Source of the DNA: Tolypothrix carrinoi HA7290-LM1
Lineage (GTDB): Bacteria > Cyanobacteriota > Cyanobacteriia > Cyanobacteriales > Nostocaceae
Assembly (NCBI GenBank): GCA_019358935.1
Contig: JAHHIK010000030.1
Location: 1 to 64,000 of the forward strand
DNA: 64,000 nt
Direction of reading: 5' to 3'
Shown: positions 31,065 to 40,913 of the stretch, piece by piece
Numbering within the stretch: position 1 is the first letter of the stretch
Layout: each line of letters begins with the position of its first letter
Translations under genes and position numbers: made by a program
Notes under the pieces: model-generated
What the model was told of the DNA's origin: nothing
Seen by the model: only the letters and a program-made list of their open reading frames with translations
Database searches by the model: none

Positions 31065-31354
31065 GAAACATCCGATCCTGCCGTTTTCATTGTCGAATTT
31101 AAAGGCGTTATTGACGTTAAGTTGACTGGTAAAACCTACAACAACAACTATTGCGGAGTATTCACAATTCAAAACAGCAAACTCGTCCACTATAAAGAGT
31201 ACTTTGACCCGATTATCCTTCAGACTGCCTTCGGCACAAAGCTTCAAGAAAACTTTAATGTTAATGAATGATTGCGATGAAGACACATTTATCTAAGTTT
31301 CTTGCTGTTGCGCTAGCTACATCGCTCAAATAGCAGTAAACAAGATCCCGTGGA

Positions 31355-31500
31355 AAAAAAGAGAGAAAAACGAGCAACCTTTTTTGCTGGTCTACGCTAC
31401 AACTTGTGGATCTCTGAACAAAACCGAGCGGGAGGAGAGATTTTGGTATAGTACGATACTTTTATCCCGCTCGGTTTTGTTAAGGTTGCTCGTTTTTCTT
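31355..31500 (-). ncRNA. Candidate structured small RNA
   Basis: Two perfect helices (18 and 17 bp); U-tract at the minus-strand 3' end; TAAAGT -10-like box upstream. Confidence 0.4.
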
Positions 31501-31659
31501 AACTTTATGCGTCCCCCGACTTCTCGCTTTTAAGTCGGGGATCTGAGTCTATCAGAAATTTGGGGTAATCTCACATCAGATGTATTAACGTAACACTGTA
31601 TTAGGTATTATTATTGAGGCTTTTACTTATCGCCTTAAATATTACAGTTCCCAGCCCCA

Positions 31660-32199
31660 ATGCAAAAAACTAAATTTATTAGCTTAATTACCACCAGTGC
31701 TGTGCTATTATCTACCTTCATCATCGGGGGAAAATTTGCCCAAGCACAGCAGCGTCCCGTTCCTCTTTTGAGAGCTAAATGTGTTAGCAGTGGACTTGGC
31801 ACTTACCGCGAGCAAAATCTTGATGTTTCTATCGGCAAAGCAGTTTATACAAGTCAGTTTTATTTAGGAGCAGGCAACCGCTCGGCTTCGTTGACTTGTA
31901 AAATTAAACCAGATAATCGCCCGGAATCTCCTTTTCAAACTTTCAATTTAGGATTTGGAATACGTGACAATGACACAACAACTCCAAATGTGGTAGTTAA
32001 GGTTTACTTAGATGGTCAGCAAGCTGAAAGCCGAACTGTAATTGCAACACAGCCAATTTCATTATCACTTGATGTCAGCAATGTTAGTAACGTTGCTATC
32101 GAAGCAGTTTGTTCTCGCTCAAACCAATATTGCGATAGAGTTTACTTTTATAAGGCTGATTTAGAGCGCAAAATTGTCTCTCCACAACCGAAAAAGTAA
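31660..32199 (+). CDS. Secreted hypothetical protein (NPCBM/NEW2-like beta-sandwich)
   Basis: Signal peptide AQA; VKVYLDG...SLDVSNV pattern. Confidence 0.6.
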   Translation: MQKTKFISLITTSAVLLSTFIIGGKFAQAQQRPVPLLRAKCVSSGLGTYREQNLDVSIGKAVYTSQFYLGAGNRSASLTCKIKPDNRPESPFQTFNLGFGIRDNDTTTPNVVVKVYLDGQQAESRTVIATQPISLSLDVSNVSNVAIEAVCSRSNQYCDRVYFYKADLERKIVSPQPKK

Positions 32200-32214
32200 A
32201 TTTGTTATTTGTTG

Positions 32215-32405
32215 GTGGATAGTTGATAGTGGATAGTTGATAGTTGATAGTTGATAGTTGATAACTGTTGACTGTTAACCGTCAACTAACAACCAACAAC
32301 CAACCACTAACAACCAACCACTAACAACCAACCACTAACAACCAACCACTAACAACCAACCACTAACAACCAACCACTAACAACCAACCACTAACAACCA
32401 ACAAT
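32215..32405. repeat. STRR tracts (TAGTTGA)n and 14-mer (CAACCACTAACAAC)n between convergent genes
   Basis: Seen directly. Confidence 0.9.
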
Positions 32406-32409
32406 TAAC

Positions 32410-34383
32410 CTAAAAACCATTTTCATCAGTTTCCGTTGTAGTTTCAGTATCTATATTATTGTCGAATTCTTCAGGAGAGACGTTCCGGTGGAACGTCTCT
32501 ACTTTATGTTGGCGATGATTTAGATGATGGGGTTTAGCGATTTTTGGCAATTCCTGTTTTGCTAAATTCTCGGCTGCTTGCTTAAATAATGGTTCCATTT
32601 TATCTCGCCAATATTGAATATTCGGCAACTTTTCTGGATGGTCTTTATAAGCTAAAACTTTATCCCATTGACCGTTATCAAGTGCTTTATTGATTTCATT
32701 AGATAAAGCTTCTGCTTTTGCCCAATCTTGCTGCCATTGAGAAACTGTTCCGGCTGTATCTTTCCAAGTTGAAGAAGCTGAAGCAGGCAGAGATTTGAGG
32801 AGTGCGATCGCCCCCGCTAAATCTCCATTATCATACTTCTCTCTTGCTTCTTCCACAACCTGAGAATTGTTCTCACTAGAAGTTGATTTATCTGTTTCAT
32901 CAGTAAATGGTTCAGCACGAAATGGATCTGATTTTTCTGGCTTTGGCGATTCTAATTTTTCTGGCTTTGGCGATGAAGTTACGGCAGCTGGTTTTGGTAT
33001 CGGTTGGGGAATCGGTCGAGCTGCAATTAAGTCACTATCATTTACTGTCTTAATCGCAATACCTTTGTCTCGCAAACAAGATACCCATTGTTCTGGATTG
33101 GCTATTACATGAGAGTTCGCCCAAGCAGATTTTCCCGAATCAAGTTTAACTTGCACCCAACCGAGTTTTGTCCGCTTGCCAGTCACCTCAAAACTAGTGT
33201 TATCGCTAAGTGTTTGCACAATATTATCAGAATTAATTGCACTCGGCTCAGAACGGATATTAGAATTACCTGTAACAACAGCTTCGCAGATATTTGCTGA
33301 AGCCGCACCATTACTAGCAAAATTAAAACCGAGATTTTTCGCACTTCCAACTAAATTGGTGGCAACAGCAGCTGCACCACCTGCCAATAATGCGGCAATG
33401 ACTAGCGGCAATAAGTCGGGTCTGTTAGACTCTTTACGGGCAGGTTTGGCAGCATGATTTGCCGGCGCAACCGCGATAGTCTGCTGCCGAGACATTTGAG
33501 AAGTTGGTTTGATTGTTTGGTAGCTGCTAGGAGTTTTCGCGTATTCTTGAGGTGCCGGTACAGAAGAAAGCAATTGCAATGACAGCAGTGCTTGCATGAC
33601 GCTGTTATAGCGGTCTTTGAAGTGATAGCGCACCATCTTGGTTAACACCGCCGCCAATTCAGGACTTACAGGTGCTAAATGCTGCCAGATAATTTCGCCT
33701 GTATCGGGGTCTTCTTGAAAATCGATTGGCGCTACTCCCGTCAGCGCTTGAATGGCGATGATACCCAGAGAATAAATATCACTATTGGGGCGGGGTTTGC
33801 CTTGTCCTTGTTCTGTGGGCATATAACCGGGAGTGCCAATCGCTACAGTAGCGGTGGTTTGCCCCGCAAAAGTAAGATTAGGCGATCGCAGTTGTTTAAC
33901 GGCTCCAAAGTCTACTAAAACTAATTTATTATCTGAAGTACGACGAATAATATTATCTGGCTTGATATCGCGGTGAATTACGCCTTCGCGGTGGACAAAT
34001 TCTAAGATGTTCAGAACTTCTAGCAACATCTGAATGACTTCGCTTTCACTCCAACGCTGATTTGGTACAAGTTCTTCGCTGAGTGTATGTCCTTCAATAA
34101 ATTCTTGGACTAAATAAAATTCTTGATTTTCGTCAAAGTAAGCTAAAAGTCTGGGTATTTGGTCATGATTACCCAGTTTTTCTAAAGTTTCCGCTTCTGA
34201 TTGAAACAAGCGCTTGGCGGTTTCAAAAACTTTCGGATCTGAGTTTGCCCCTTTGAGGTGCTTGACAACGCAGATGGGGTTGCCCGGACGCCTGGTATCT
34301 TGGGCAATGTATGTTTCCCCAAATCCCCCCGTCGCAAGGACTCTCACTACCTGATAACGATGGTCTAACAGCTTGCCGATCAT
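32410..34383 (-). CDS. Membrane Ser/Thr protein kinase (Pkn2-type) with an SH3b-like domain
   Basis: GGFGETY, VVKHL, HRDIKPDN, DFG, GTPGYMP; TM segment; NIRSEPS..GWVQV..WA. Confidence 0.93.
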   Translation of the reverse strand: MIGKLLDHRYQVVRVLATGGFGETYIAQDTRRPGNPICVVKHLKGANSDPKVFETAKRLFQSEAETLEKLGNHDQIPRLLAYFDENQEFYLVQEFIEGHTLSEELVPNQRWSESEVIQMLLEVLNILEFVHREGVIHRDIKPDNIIRRTSDNKLVLVDFGAVKQLRSPNLTFAGQTTATVAIGTPGYMPTEQGQGKPRPNSDIYSLGIIAIQALTGVAPIDFQEDPDTGEIIWQHLAPVSPELAAVLTKMVRYHFKDRYNSVMQALLSLQLLSSVPAPQEYAKTPSSYQTIKPTSQMSRQQTIAVAPANHAAKPARKESNRPDLLPLVIAALLAGGAAAVATNLVGSAKNLGFNFASNGAASANICEAVVTGNSNIRSEPSAINSDNIVQTLSDNTSFEVTGKRTKLGWVQVKLDSGKSAWANSHVIANPEQWVSCLRDKGIAIKTVNDSDLIAARPIPQPIPKPAAVTSSPKPEKLESPKPEKSDPFRAEPFTDETDKSTSSENNSQVVEEAREKYDNGDLAGAIALLKSLPASASSTWKDTAGTVSQWQQDWAKAEALSNEINKALDNGQWDKVLAYKDHPEKLPNIQYWRDKMEPLFKQAAENLAKQELPKIAKPHHLNHRQHKVETFHRNVSPEEFDNNIDTETTTETDENGF

Positions 34384-34543
34384 ATTCCCTCCCCAGTTTG
34401 AACACCCATTTTCCGGATGGTAATAAATATCTCCAAGTTTTCTTTGATGAAATCCGCTATCTTGAGAAAAGATTTAGGCGGAAAACACAATTTTTTCACA
34501 AAAACGTTGTTAATTTTTATTTCAATCTTGTTTTGAATTTACC

Positions 34544-35029
34544 ATGCCACCTAAAATAACCAATTCAGTCACCTGGCAGCAGGCTGAACTGCTGATGCAA
34601 CCTGCTTTCATTCGCGTTGTTGATAACATTCGCAAGCAACTCGATGAATCTGCTTGGAAGGGAACTTACCAAGATGTATTAGTTTGGGCTGCTGACACAA
34701 GTGATGAAACTAAAGCGATCGTTACCCAACTGTTGCAAGAAATGGAAGGGGCAACACCGGAACAAAGCGATTTAATCAGACAGTCTCTTGCCAATTTACC
34801 AACGCCCCATCCAGGATATCATCTATGTTTGCAGCGTCAAGATCGACAAGTGACAGTTGATTTGTGGGAACTGTGTTACAAAGTGTGTTTTCTTGACTAC
34901 GGCACAGGTGATGAAGCGGTAAAAATCGACACTGATTTGATTGATGAAACCGGTGATGTAGATTGGCTGCGTTTGGAAGCGAAGACTAAGGAGTTGGTGG
35001 GGCAAGTGTTTGCAAGTTTACCAGAGTAG
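34544..35029 (+). CDS. Conserved cyanobacterial hypothetical protein
   Basis: 161 aa; LMQPAFIRVVDNIRKQL and DLWELCY motifs. Confidence 0.7.
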   Translation: MPPKITNSVTWQQAELLMQPAFIRVVDNIRKQLDESAWKGTYQDVLVWAADTSDETKAIVTQLLQEMEGATPEQSDLIRQSLANLPTPHPGYHLCLQRQDRQVTVDLWELCYKVCFLDYGTGDEAVKIDTDLIDETGDVDWLRLEAKTKELVGQVFASLPE

Positions 35030-36191
35030 GGAGTGGGGAGTGGGGAGTGGGGGAATAAGATGCCCGCAGAATAGAATTTGCTTGCTCACGAACTGAGCTT
35101 ACCTGCGTGGGGTAAGAGGCAATCGCTTTTTCAAAGAAGGTGAAATTATTGGCATTGCATAACCGTGGGATTAATGGTAGAGACGTTCGGTCCGGAACGT
35201 CTCTACAATACGTTACGTTGACTTTACTATTTTGCTGCATATACTGTTTCAGGCATTTAGCAACATACTCAGCTAATTTGACGGGAACTGCATTACCTAT
35301 CATTTGTTCTAAGTCAGTTTTGGAACTTTCAAAAAGAAAATTAGGTGGAAATGTTTGTATATAACTGCGTTCAATAGTAGTTAAAGGTCGTAATTGCGGC
35401 GTAATAGGTGCAGCATCACCAGGATGGATTTTATAATTTTTAGGAATCGGTCTATTAACACCTCTAATTGTCGGACTTGGTTCGTCAATACTAAAAATAG
35501 CTCTTCTTTTATAGCTTCTCGGATGTCGATAATAATACTCAATGCCTAAACTATCGCTCAAGTATTCTCTAATTGTGGTTGGTCGGGTTGCTAAGTTAGC
35601 TTGTAAATAAGATTCTAAAGCTTTATCTTCACCGTTAAATTCACCTATACAAAAAAATCTTTTACGCTTTTGCGGTACACCACATAAACTCGCATCTAAT
35701 ATCTTTTCGGTGAGTCCGTATCCAGCTTGTTGAAAAATATCTCTAGCTATTTTATACTTGGCGCTTTTGGCTAACCTATCTACATTTTCCATGACAAACC
35801 ATTTGGGTTTGACACTAGCGACTATTTCCGCAAACACAATAGTTAAATCACCTCGTCCTAAGTTTTCATCTCGTTTGCCAGCGCTAGAGAAATCTTGACA
35901 AGGTGGACCGCCAATAATTATATCTGGATTGAGATTTTTGATAATCTCAAAATTATCTAAAGCAGCAATGTCACATAATATGACATCGTGATGAAAGTTT
36001 TTTTGATAAACTTTGATAGCGGTTTTCCAGTTATCAAAGGCTGCGGCTATTTGAAAACCTGCATTTTGAAATCCGAGAGATAAACCGCCACATCCGGCGA
36101 ATAAGTCTATGACTTTTAAGGATGAATGCAATTCTAATTTATGATTTTCTTTCACAATATAGTGTAAAATTACATGTGATAGAAATAGCAT
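34986..36191 (-). CDS. C5 DNA cytosine methyltransferase, M.HgiDI/HindV-like; no adjacent restriction enzyme
   Basis: DLFAGCGG, GPPCQDFS, ENV, PQ.R.R, YYYRHPRSY.RRAIFS.DEPSPTIRGVNRP, GNAVP. True start uncertain. Confidence 0.9.
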   Translation of the reverse strand: MLFLSHVILHYIVKENHKLELHSSLKVIDLFAGCGGLSLGFQNAGFQIAAAFDNWKTAIKVYQKNFHHDVILCDIAALDNFEIIKNLNPDIIIGGPPCQDFSSAGKRDENLGRGDLTIVFAEIVASVKPKWFVMENVDRLAKSAKYKIARDIFQQAGYGLTEKILDASLCGVPQKRKRFFCIGEFNGEDKALESYLQANLATRPTTIREYLSDSLGIEYYYRHPRSYKRRAIFSIDEPSPTIRGVNRPIPKNYKIHPGDAAPITPQLRPLTTIERSYIQTFPPNFLFESSKTDLEQMIGNAVPVKLAEYVAKCLKQYMQQNSKVNVTYCRDVPDRTSLPLIPRLCNANNFTFFEKAIASYPTQVSSVREQANSILRASYSPTPHSPLPTLVNLQTLAPPTP

Positions 36192-36301
36192 AACTTGTAA
36201 GCCGTCAGGTTGAAACCTGCGGCTACACGAACAAAGCCCACCTGCGTGGGCTAAGAAAAAGCGTTTTTAGCTAGTCTGGGTTAGGGGAGTTGTGTAGCCG
36301 G

Positions 36302-36778
36302 CTAGTTGATTGTTTGCATTGGCTTCCAACTATGCAATGATGCTTGAATTGTGGTCAATTCATGTAAGTATTGATTTAATTGTGCTTTTTGAATTTCAAG
36401 CATTTCACGAATGCGATCGCCTTCAGCTTCCTTTGTCTCCCGTTCTCTCAGTATGCGACCAAAATCATCTCGAAACTGTTTAATATAGTCGTTGATTTGC
36501 TGTTCTGCACTTCTAAAATCTTCCTCAACCTGTTTTTCAATGACTCGCTGTAAAAGCTGTTGATTTTTTGATATCTGCTCATCTATCTTCTGCTTAATCT
36601 GTTGTACTGTTTGACGTAAGTCAATTTCGTAAAATTCCTGTTTATCTTGGTATTCTACATCTACATAATAAACTTTACTCGATTTACAGCAACTACTTTC
36701 TTTTTTTTGCTCTCTTCGTGTGCGCGTAAATACCTCTTGCTGATATTGAATTTTCGCATCAATTCCTTTAAACTCAAA
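36302..36778 (-). pseudogene. 5'-truncated fragment of a coiled-coil protein, possibly a dynamin-family C-terminus
   Basis: 158 uninterrupted sense codons (FEFKGIDAKIQYQQEVF...WKPMQTIN*), missed by the ORF track and starting next to the HIP1 at 36782. Confidence 0.6.
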
Positions 36779-36787
36779 TTAGCGATC

Positions 36788-36847
36788 GCGCATAATTTCC
36801 GCCCGTCCAGCTACTCGCACTGAAAGAAAGTTATATGAAGAATCCTG
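36788..36847 (+). pseudogene. 3' remnant of a BrnT-family toxin
   Basis: RIISARPATRTERKLYEES* is the typical BrnT C-terminal signature; it overlaps the start of the next gene. Confidence 0.7.
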
Positions 36848-37128
36848 AAGAACTTGAACTAAATCTGCGACCCCGTGTAACAGAAACAGTATCGATAAAG
36901 ATACCAACTGACACATTACAATCTCTGAAAAAAGTTGCCGCTAGTCGAGATATGTCTGTTGAAGCTTTACTCAAATTGTATATTGGGCAGAATTTGCGGC
37001 AAGACCTAGCTAAATTATTTTCTGATCGCCTGCTTGAGTCAACCGCTCAAGTTTTAGCACGGCACATCCAATCAGAAGACGAAATTGCAACGATTATTCA
37101 AGAAATTCAAACAGAAATAACTCGTTAG
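36835..37128 (+). CDS. Ribbon-helix-helix/CopG-like antitoxin (BrnT partner)
   Basis: TVSIKIPTDTLQSLKKVAASRDMSVEALLKLYI; coupled to the BrnT remnant. Confidence 0.7.
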   Translation: MKNPEELELNLRPRVTETVSIKIPTDTLQSLKKVAASRDMSVEALLKLYIGQNLRQDLAKLFSDRLLESTAQVLARHIQSEDEIATIIQEIQTEITR

Positions 37129-37269
37129 GTAAACTTAAAATCAAATGGAAGATTAGAAACAGCGCATACTAATTATCAGGTAAAATAACTCGCCTGTAGG
37201 ATATTTGATAATATTTTCATGCTGTAAGTTGATTTATCCTTTATTTTACAATCCAAAATTGTTATCACC

Positions 37270-38256
37270 ATGTCCAAATCTGCAATTGACACCAACGACG
37301 CAGCAGCTATCCAAGCAGCGCAAGATTCTGTTGCTGTATGCGATCGCTCACACTCCGGCATCATCCGTGTTTCTGACGATGACCGCATCCGCTTTTTACA
37401 CAATCAAACTACTAACGATTTTCAAAGTCTCAAACCAGGACAAGGCTGTGATACTGTAATGGTGACATCTACGGCTCGGACTATTGACTTAGCAACAGCT
37501 TACGTTTTAGATGATGCAGTGCTGTTACTAGTTTCGCCGAATCGCCGAGAATTTCTCATGCAATGGCTGGATAAATACATCTTTTTTGCCGATAAGGTGC
37601 AATTAACCGATGTGACAAATGAAACTGCAACCTTCAATCTCATCGGTTCGCAAAGCGACACTATTATAAAAAAATTGGGTGCAGAAGCTATTATCGGTCA
37701 ACCTTACGGCACTCATCAACTATTTGATGGTGGGGTGCGGGTTGCGGTGGGTAGTGGTTTAGCTTTGCCCGGATATACCCTGATTTTACCAGCTTCTGAA
37801 AAGGCGACGGTATGGCAGAAAATTGTCGAAGCTGGAGCGCAAGAAATGAGCGATCACGCTTTTGATGTGTTGCGAATATTACAAGGTCGCCCAGCCCCAG
37901 AACATGAATTGACTGATGATTACAATCCTCTAGAAGCTGGTTTATGGCATACGATTTCTTTTAACAAAGGTTGTTATATCGGACAAGAAACCATCGCCCG
38001 TTTAAATACTTACAAAGGTGTAAAACAACACCTTTGGGGTATTCGCCTCAACGCGCCGGCGGAAATTCAAAGTGCGATCGCTGTCGGGGATGAAAAAGTC
38101 GGCAAACTTACCAGTTATACCGAAACTGCTGATGGTTACTTTGGGTTAGGTTACATCCGCACTAAAGCTGGTGGCATCGGCTTGAAAGTTAAAGTCGGAG
38201 AAACCGAGGGGGAAATAGTAGAAATCCCGTTCGTTACTCACGAATACCCACAGTAG
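37270..38256 (+). CDS. ygfZ: YgfZ/GcvT-family folate-binding protein
   Basis: KGCYIGQE signature. Confidence 0.92.
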   Translation: MSKSAIDTNDAAAIQAAQDSVAVCDRSHSGIIRVSDDDRIRFLHNQTTNDFQSLKPGQGCDTVMVTSTARTIDLATAYVLDDAVLLLVSPNRREFLMQWLDKYIFFADKVQLTDVTNETATFNLIGSQSDTIIKKLGAEAIIGQPYGTHQLFDGGVRVAVGSGLALPGYTLILPASEKATVWQKIVEAGAQEMSDHAFDVLRILQGRPAPEHELTDDYNPLEAGLWHTISFNKGCYIGQETIARLNTYKGVKQHLWGIRLNAPAEIQSAIAVGDEKVGKLTSYTETADGYFGLGYIRTKAGGIGLKVKVGETEGEIVEIPFVTHEYPQ

Positions 38257-38486
38257 AGTGTTAGGAATTTAGTTTTTTCATTTAGACCGATGGGGGGAGG
38301 GGGGGATGGGGGAGACAAGGGAGAGGGGGAGGACAAGGGAGAGATAGGAATTTGTTTCTTAGCCCAAGTCGTCCCCCAAGTCGTCCCCCTTGTCTCCTTG
38401 TCCCCCAAGTCGTCCCCCTTGTCTCCTTGTCCCCCTTGTCTCCTTGTCTCCTTGTCTCCCCCTCTCCCCCTCTCCCCTAACTTCTA

Positions 38487-39266
38487 CTAATCAGCACCTT
38501 CACAAAACTCATCTATCCAAGAAGGTAGATTACTGGCATTAGTGGTCGGCGATAAATTAACTTCACTCTGAACATCTTGAAGTTGCATTTTTACATGCTT
38601 GTCTTGGCTTTCAATTGTAGCCACAGCAAGCGGTTTGCCATTGCCAGGAAACTGTTTAGCAGACAAGCGCGATCGCTCACAAGTTCCATTCATCCGAATT
38701 ACATCACCCGGAAGTGCAGCAACGCTCTTTTTTCCTTCTCGTCGCCAAGGAGAAAGGTTAGGAGGTGAGGTTTTGCTGTGTTTATTATCATGTTTGCCCT
38801 TGGTTTCAACTTTAGTAGTAAATCCGAAGGGCTTGGATTTATTCTTGCTTTCAACTTTAGGTTTGTCATTATTTTTGACTTCTGTTGTCACCAGCGCTTC
38901 AGTAGTCTTAGTTTCAACGTCGTTTTTTACAGCATCTCTAACCTCATGTTGGCTTACGCTAATCACCTCTGTGGTAACTATTGGCTTTTCCGATTTAATT
39001 AAATCTAAATGTCGGTCGGGATTGAAGTTAAGACCTAATGCGGCAACAATGCGATCGGGATTATTATTTAGATCCAAAATAAAGGGAAAAATCTCATCGA
39101 GTTGCGGTTCTAAAACAGATAAAGTCGCCAACATAAAACCGCTGCTTGGACGCCGTTCACCATCATAAGTGCCCCAAATTTGCATCTTGACTAACCAAGG
39201 ACGATTTTCAAAGTAGTAATTTAGCCACTTGATTTTCAGTGATTCACGCAGATGCTGAATATTCAT
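38487..39266 (-). CDS. DUF5331 domain protein
   Basis: LKIKWLNYY.ENRPWL..RRPSSGF.LA..IVAALGLNFNP, followed by a low-complexity tail. Confidence 0.75.
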   Translation of the reverse strand: MNIQHLRESLKIKWLNYYFENRPWLVKMQIWGTYDGERRPSSGFMLATLSVLEPQLDEIFPFILDLNNNPDRIVAALGLNFNPDRHLDLIKSEKPIVTTEVISVSQHEVRDAVKNDVETKTTEALVTTEVKNNDKPKVESKNKSKPFGFTTKVETKGKHDNKHSKTSPPNLSPWRREGKKSVAALPGDVIRMNGTCERSRLSAKQFPGNGKPLAVATIESQDKHVKMQLQDVQSEVNLSPTTNASNLPSWIDEFCEGAD

Positions 39267-39320
39267 AGGATGCCTCGCAAAGAGTAAAAAAGAGTGCAGT
39301 CCTTTATATTTTTAATCGTC

Positions 39321-39650
39321 TTAGGACTCAGAATGAAACCGAGAGTACAGCATCTTTTCAACTTCTTGACCGCCGAGTAAATGCTGTTCTACTACCAAAG
39401 GCACTTCATTAGGGCGGACACCACTATACCAGACGCGATCGGGCAACACCAACACCATCGGACCATTACCGCATTGTCCCAGACAGCCGGTAGCCGTCAC
39501 CGTCACCCCAGGAACTACTGAAGCCTTAAAAGCCGCTAATACCTTCTTTGCACCTTGCTTTTTACAAGTGCGATTTTGACACACCCGCACGCATCTAGAA
39601 GAAGCGGATGGATCTGTAGTTGAGGAATAGGATGCTTGATTGTTTGACAT
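39321..39650 (-). CDS. Thioredoxin-like [2Fe-2S] ferredoxin
   Basis: VCQNRTC...GCLGQCGNGP, VWY. Confidence 0.88.
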   Translation of the reverse strand: MSNNQASYSSTTDPSASSRCVRVCQNRTCKKQGAKKVLAAFKASVVPGVTVTATGCLGQCGNGPMVLVLPDRVWYSGVRPNEVPLVVEQHLLGGQEVEKMLYSRFHSES

Positions 39651-39814
39651 TTTTTAACAACAGGAGGGGAGGACGGGGGAGTGGGGGAGTGGGGGAGTGG
39701 GGACAAGGAGGACAAGGAGGACAAGGGGGACAACTAACCACTAAGCACTAACCACTAACTACTAACTACTAACTCCTAACTCCTAACTCCTAACTCCTAA
39801 CTTTTAACTCCTAA

Positions 39815-40789
39815 CTAATCCACTGACAGTCCTTTTGACGCCAGCCATTCAGGGTTGAATATCCGTGATTGGTAACGAGAACCGCTATCACATAAAATAG
39901 TGACGATAGTATGTCCGGGTCCCATTTGTTTGGCTAGTGCGATCGCACCACCAACATTAATTCCTGTGGAACCGCCCATTAATAGCCCATCTTTTCTTAA
40001 TAGCTGGTAAACTACTCGCAAAGCTTCTTTATCATCAATTTGAATCGCATCATCGGTAGGTGCCCCTTCCATATTTGCGGTAATGCGACTATTACCAATA
40101 CCTTCGGTAATCGAGTTACCCTCTAATTTGATTTCACCTGTTTTAATATAACTGTAAAGTCCGCTACCCATCGGATCGGCAACTACGCATTTAATCGCCG
40201 GATTTTTCTCTTTCAGGTACATCGCCACACCCGCAAATGTGCCCCCTGTGCCGGTTGCAGCTACCCAACCATCTACTTTACCATCTGTTTGCGCCCAAAT
40301 TTCTGCTGCTGTGGTTTCGTAGTGGGCGCGACGATTTGCTAAGTTATCAAACTGATTCGCCCAAATTGCGTTTTCCATCTCTGCGGCAATTGTGCCAGAT
40401 AGTCTAACGTAGTTATTGGGGTCTTTATATGGTACAGCCGGGACGGGACGAACTTCAGCACCCAAAGCCCTCATCGCGTCCATCTTTTCTTGCGATTGAG
40501 TATCGGGAATAATAATTAAACATTTGTAACCTTTGGCATTGCAAATATGTGCTAGTCCGATACCTGTGTTACCGGCTGTTCCTTCAACGACGGTACCACC
40601 GGGTTTGAGTAAACCTTTCTTTTCGGCATCTTCAATAATATAAAGTGCGGCGCGGTCTTTGACGGAACCTCCAGGATTGAGAAATTCTGCTTTAGCGAGA
40701 ATTTCGCAGCCAGTTTCTTCGCTAAAGCTGGTTAAGCGAATCAGCGGTGTGTTACCTACAGTTCCGACAAAGCCGTTTTTGATATCCAT
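39815..40789 (-). CDS. cysK: Cysteine synthase
   Basis: GNTPL, NPGGSVKDR, GTAGNTG, GTGGT. Confidence 0.9.
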   Translation of the reverse strand: MDIKNGFVGTVGNTPLIRLTSFSEETGCEILAKAEFLNPGGSVKDRAALYIIEDAEKKGLLKPGGTVVEGTAGNTGIGLAHICNAKGYKCLIIIPDTQSQEKMDAMRALGAEVRPVPAVPYKDPNNYVRLSGTIAAEMENAIWANQFDNLANRRAHYETTAAEIWAQTDGKVDGWVAATGTGGTFAGVAMYLKEKNPAIKCVVADPMGSGLYSYIKTGEIKLEGNSITEGIGNSRITANMEGAPTDDAIQIDDKEALRVVYQLLRKDGLLMGGSTGINVGGAIALAKQMGPGHTIVTILCDSGSRYQSRIFNPEWLASKGLSVD

Positions 40790-40913
40790 GTTAAATTTAC
40801 CTGAGTTCTACCTATAAAAATTTTGGCTTATATCAATGGTCGTATTCAGGATAAACTTAGGCAATACAAAATTACCACTGACGATAGCAGGATTTTTTAG
40901 ATATTTATCAGAT

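Larger units (their letters stand above)
29538..31271 (+). pseudogene. SnoaL/NTF2-like gene split by the tnpB element
   Basis: 5' piece MMTDNIRQQNRSCVEEFF before the element; 3' piece ETSDPAVFIVEFKG..YNNNYCGVFT..HYKEYFDP begins right after the right end. Confidence 0.7.

Noticed and set aside
31364..31499. Retron msr-msd
   Set aside because: No reverse transcriptase gene in the window.
34408..34413. TCCGGA as a heterocyst DIF1 promoter motif
   Set aside because: A single hexamer with no convincing downstream element; expected by chance.
34544..36800. Complete type II restriction-modification system
   Set aside because: Neither neighbour of the methyltransferase shows recognisable endonuclease features.
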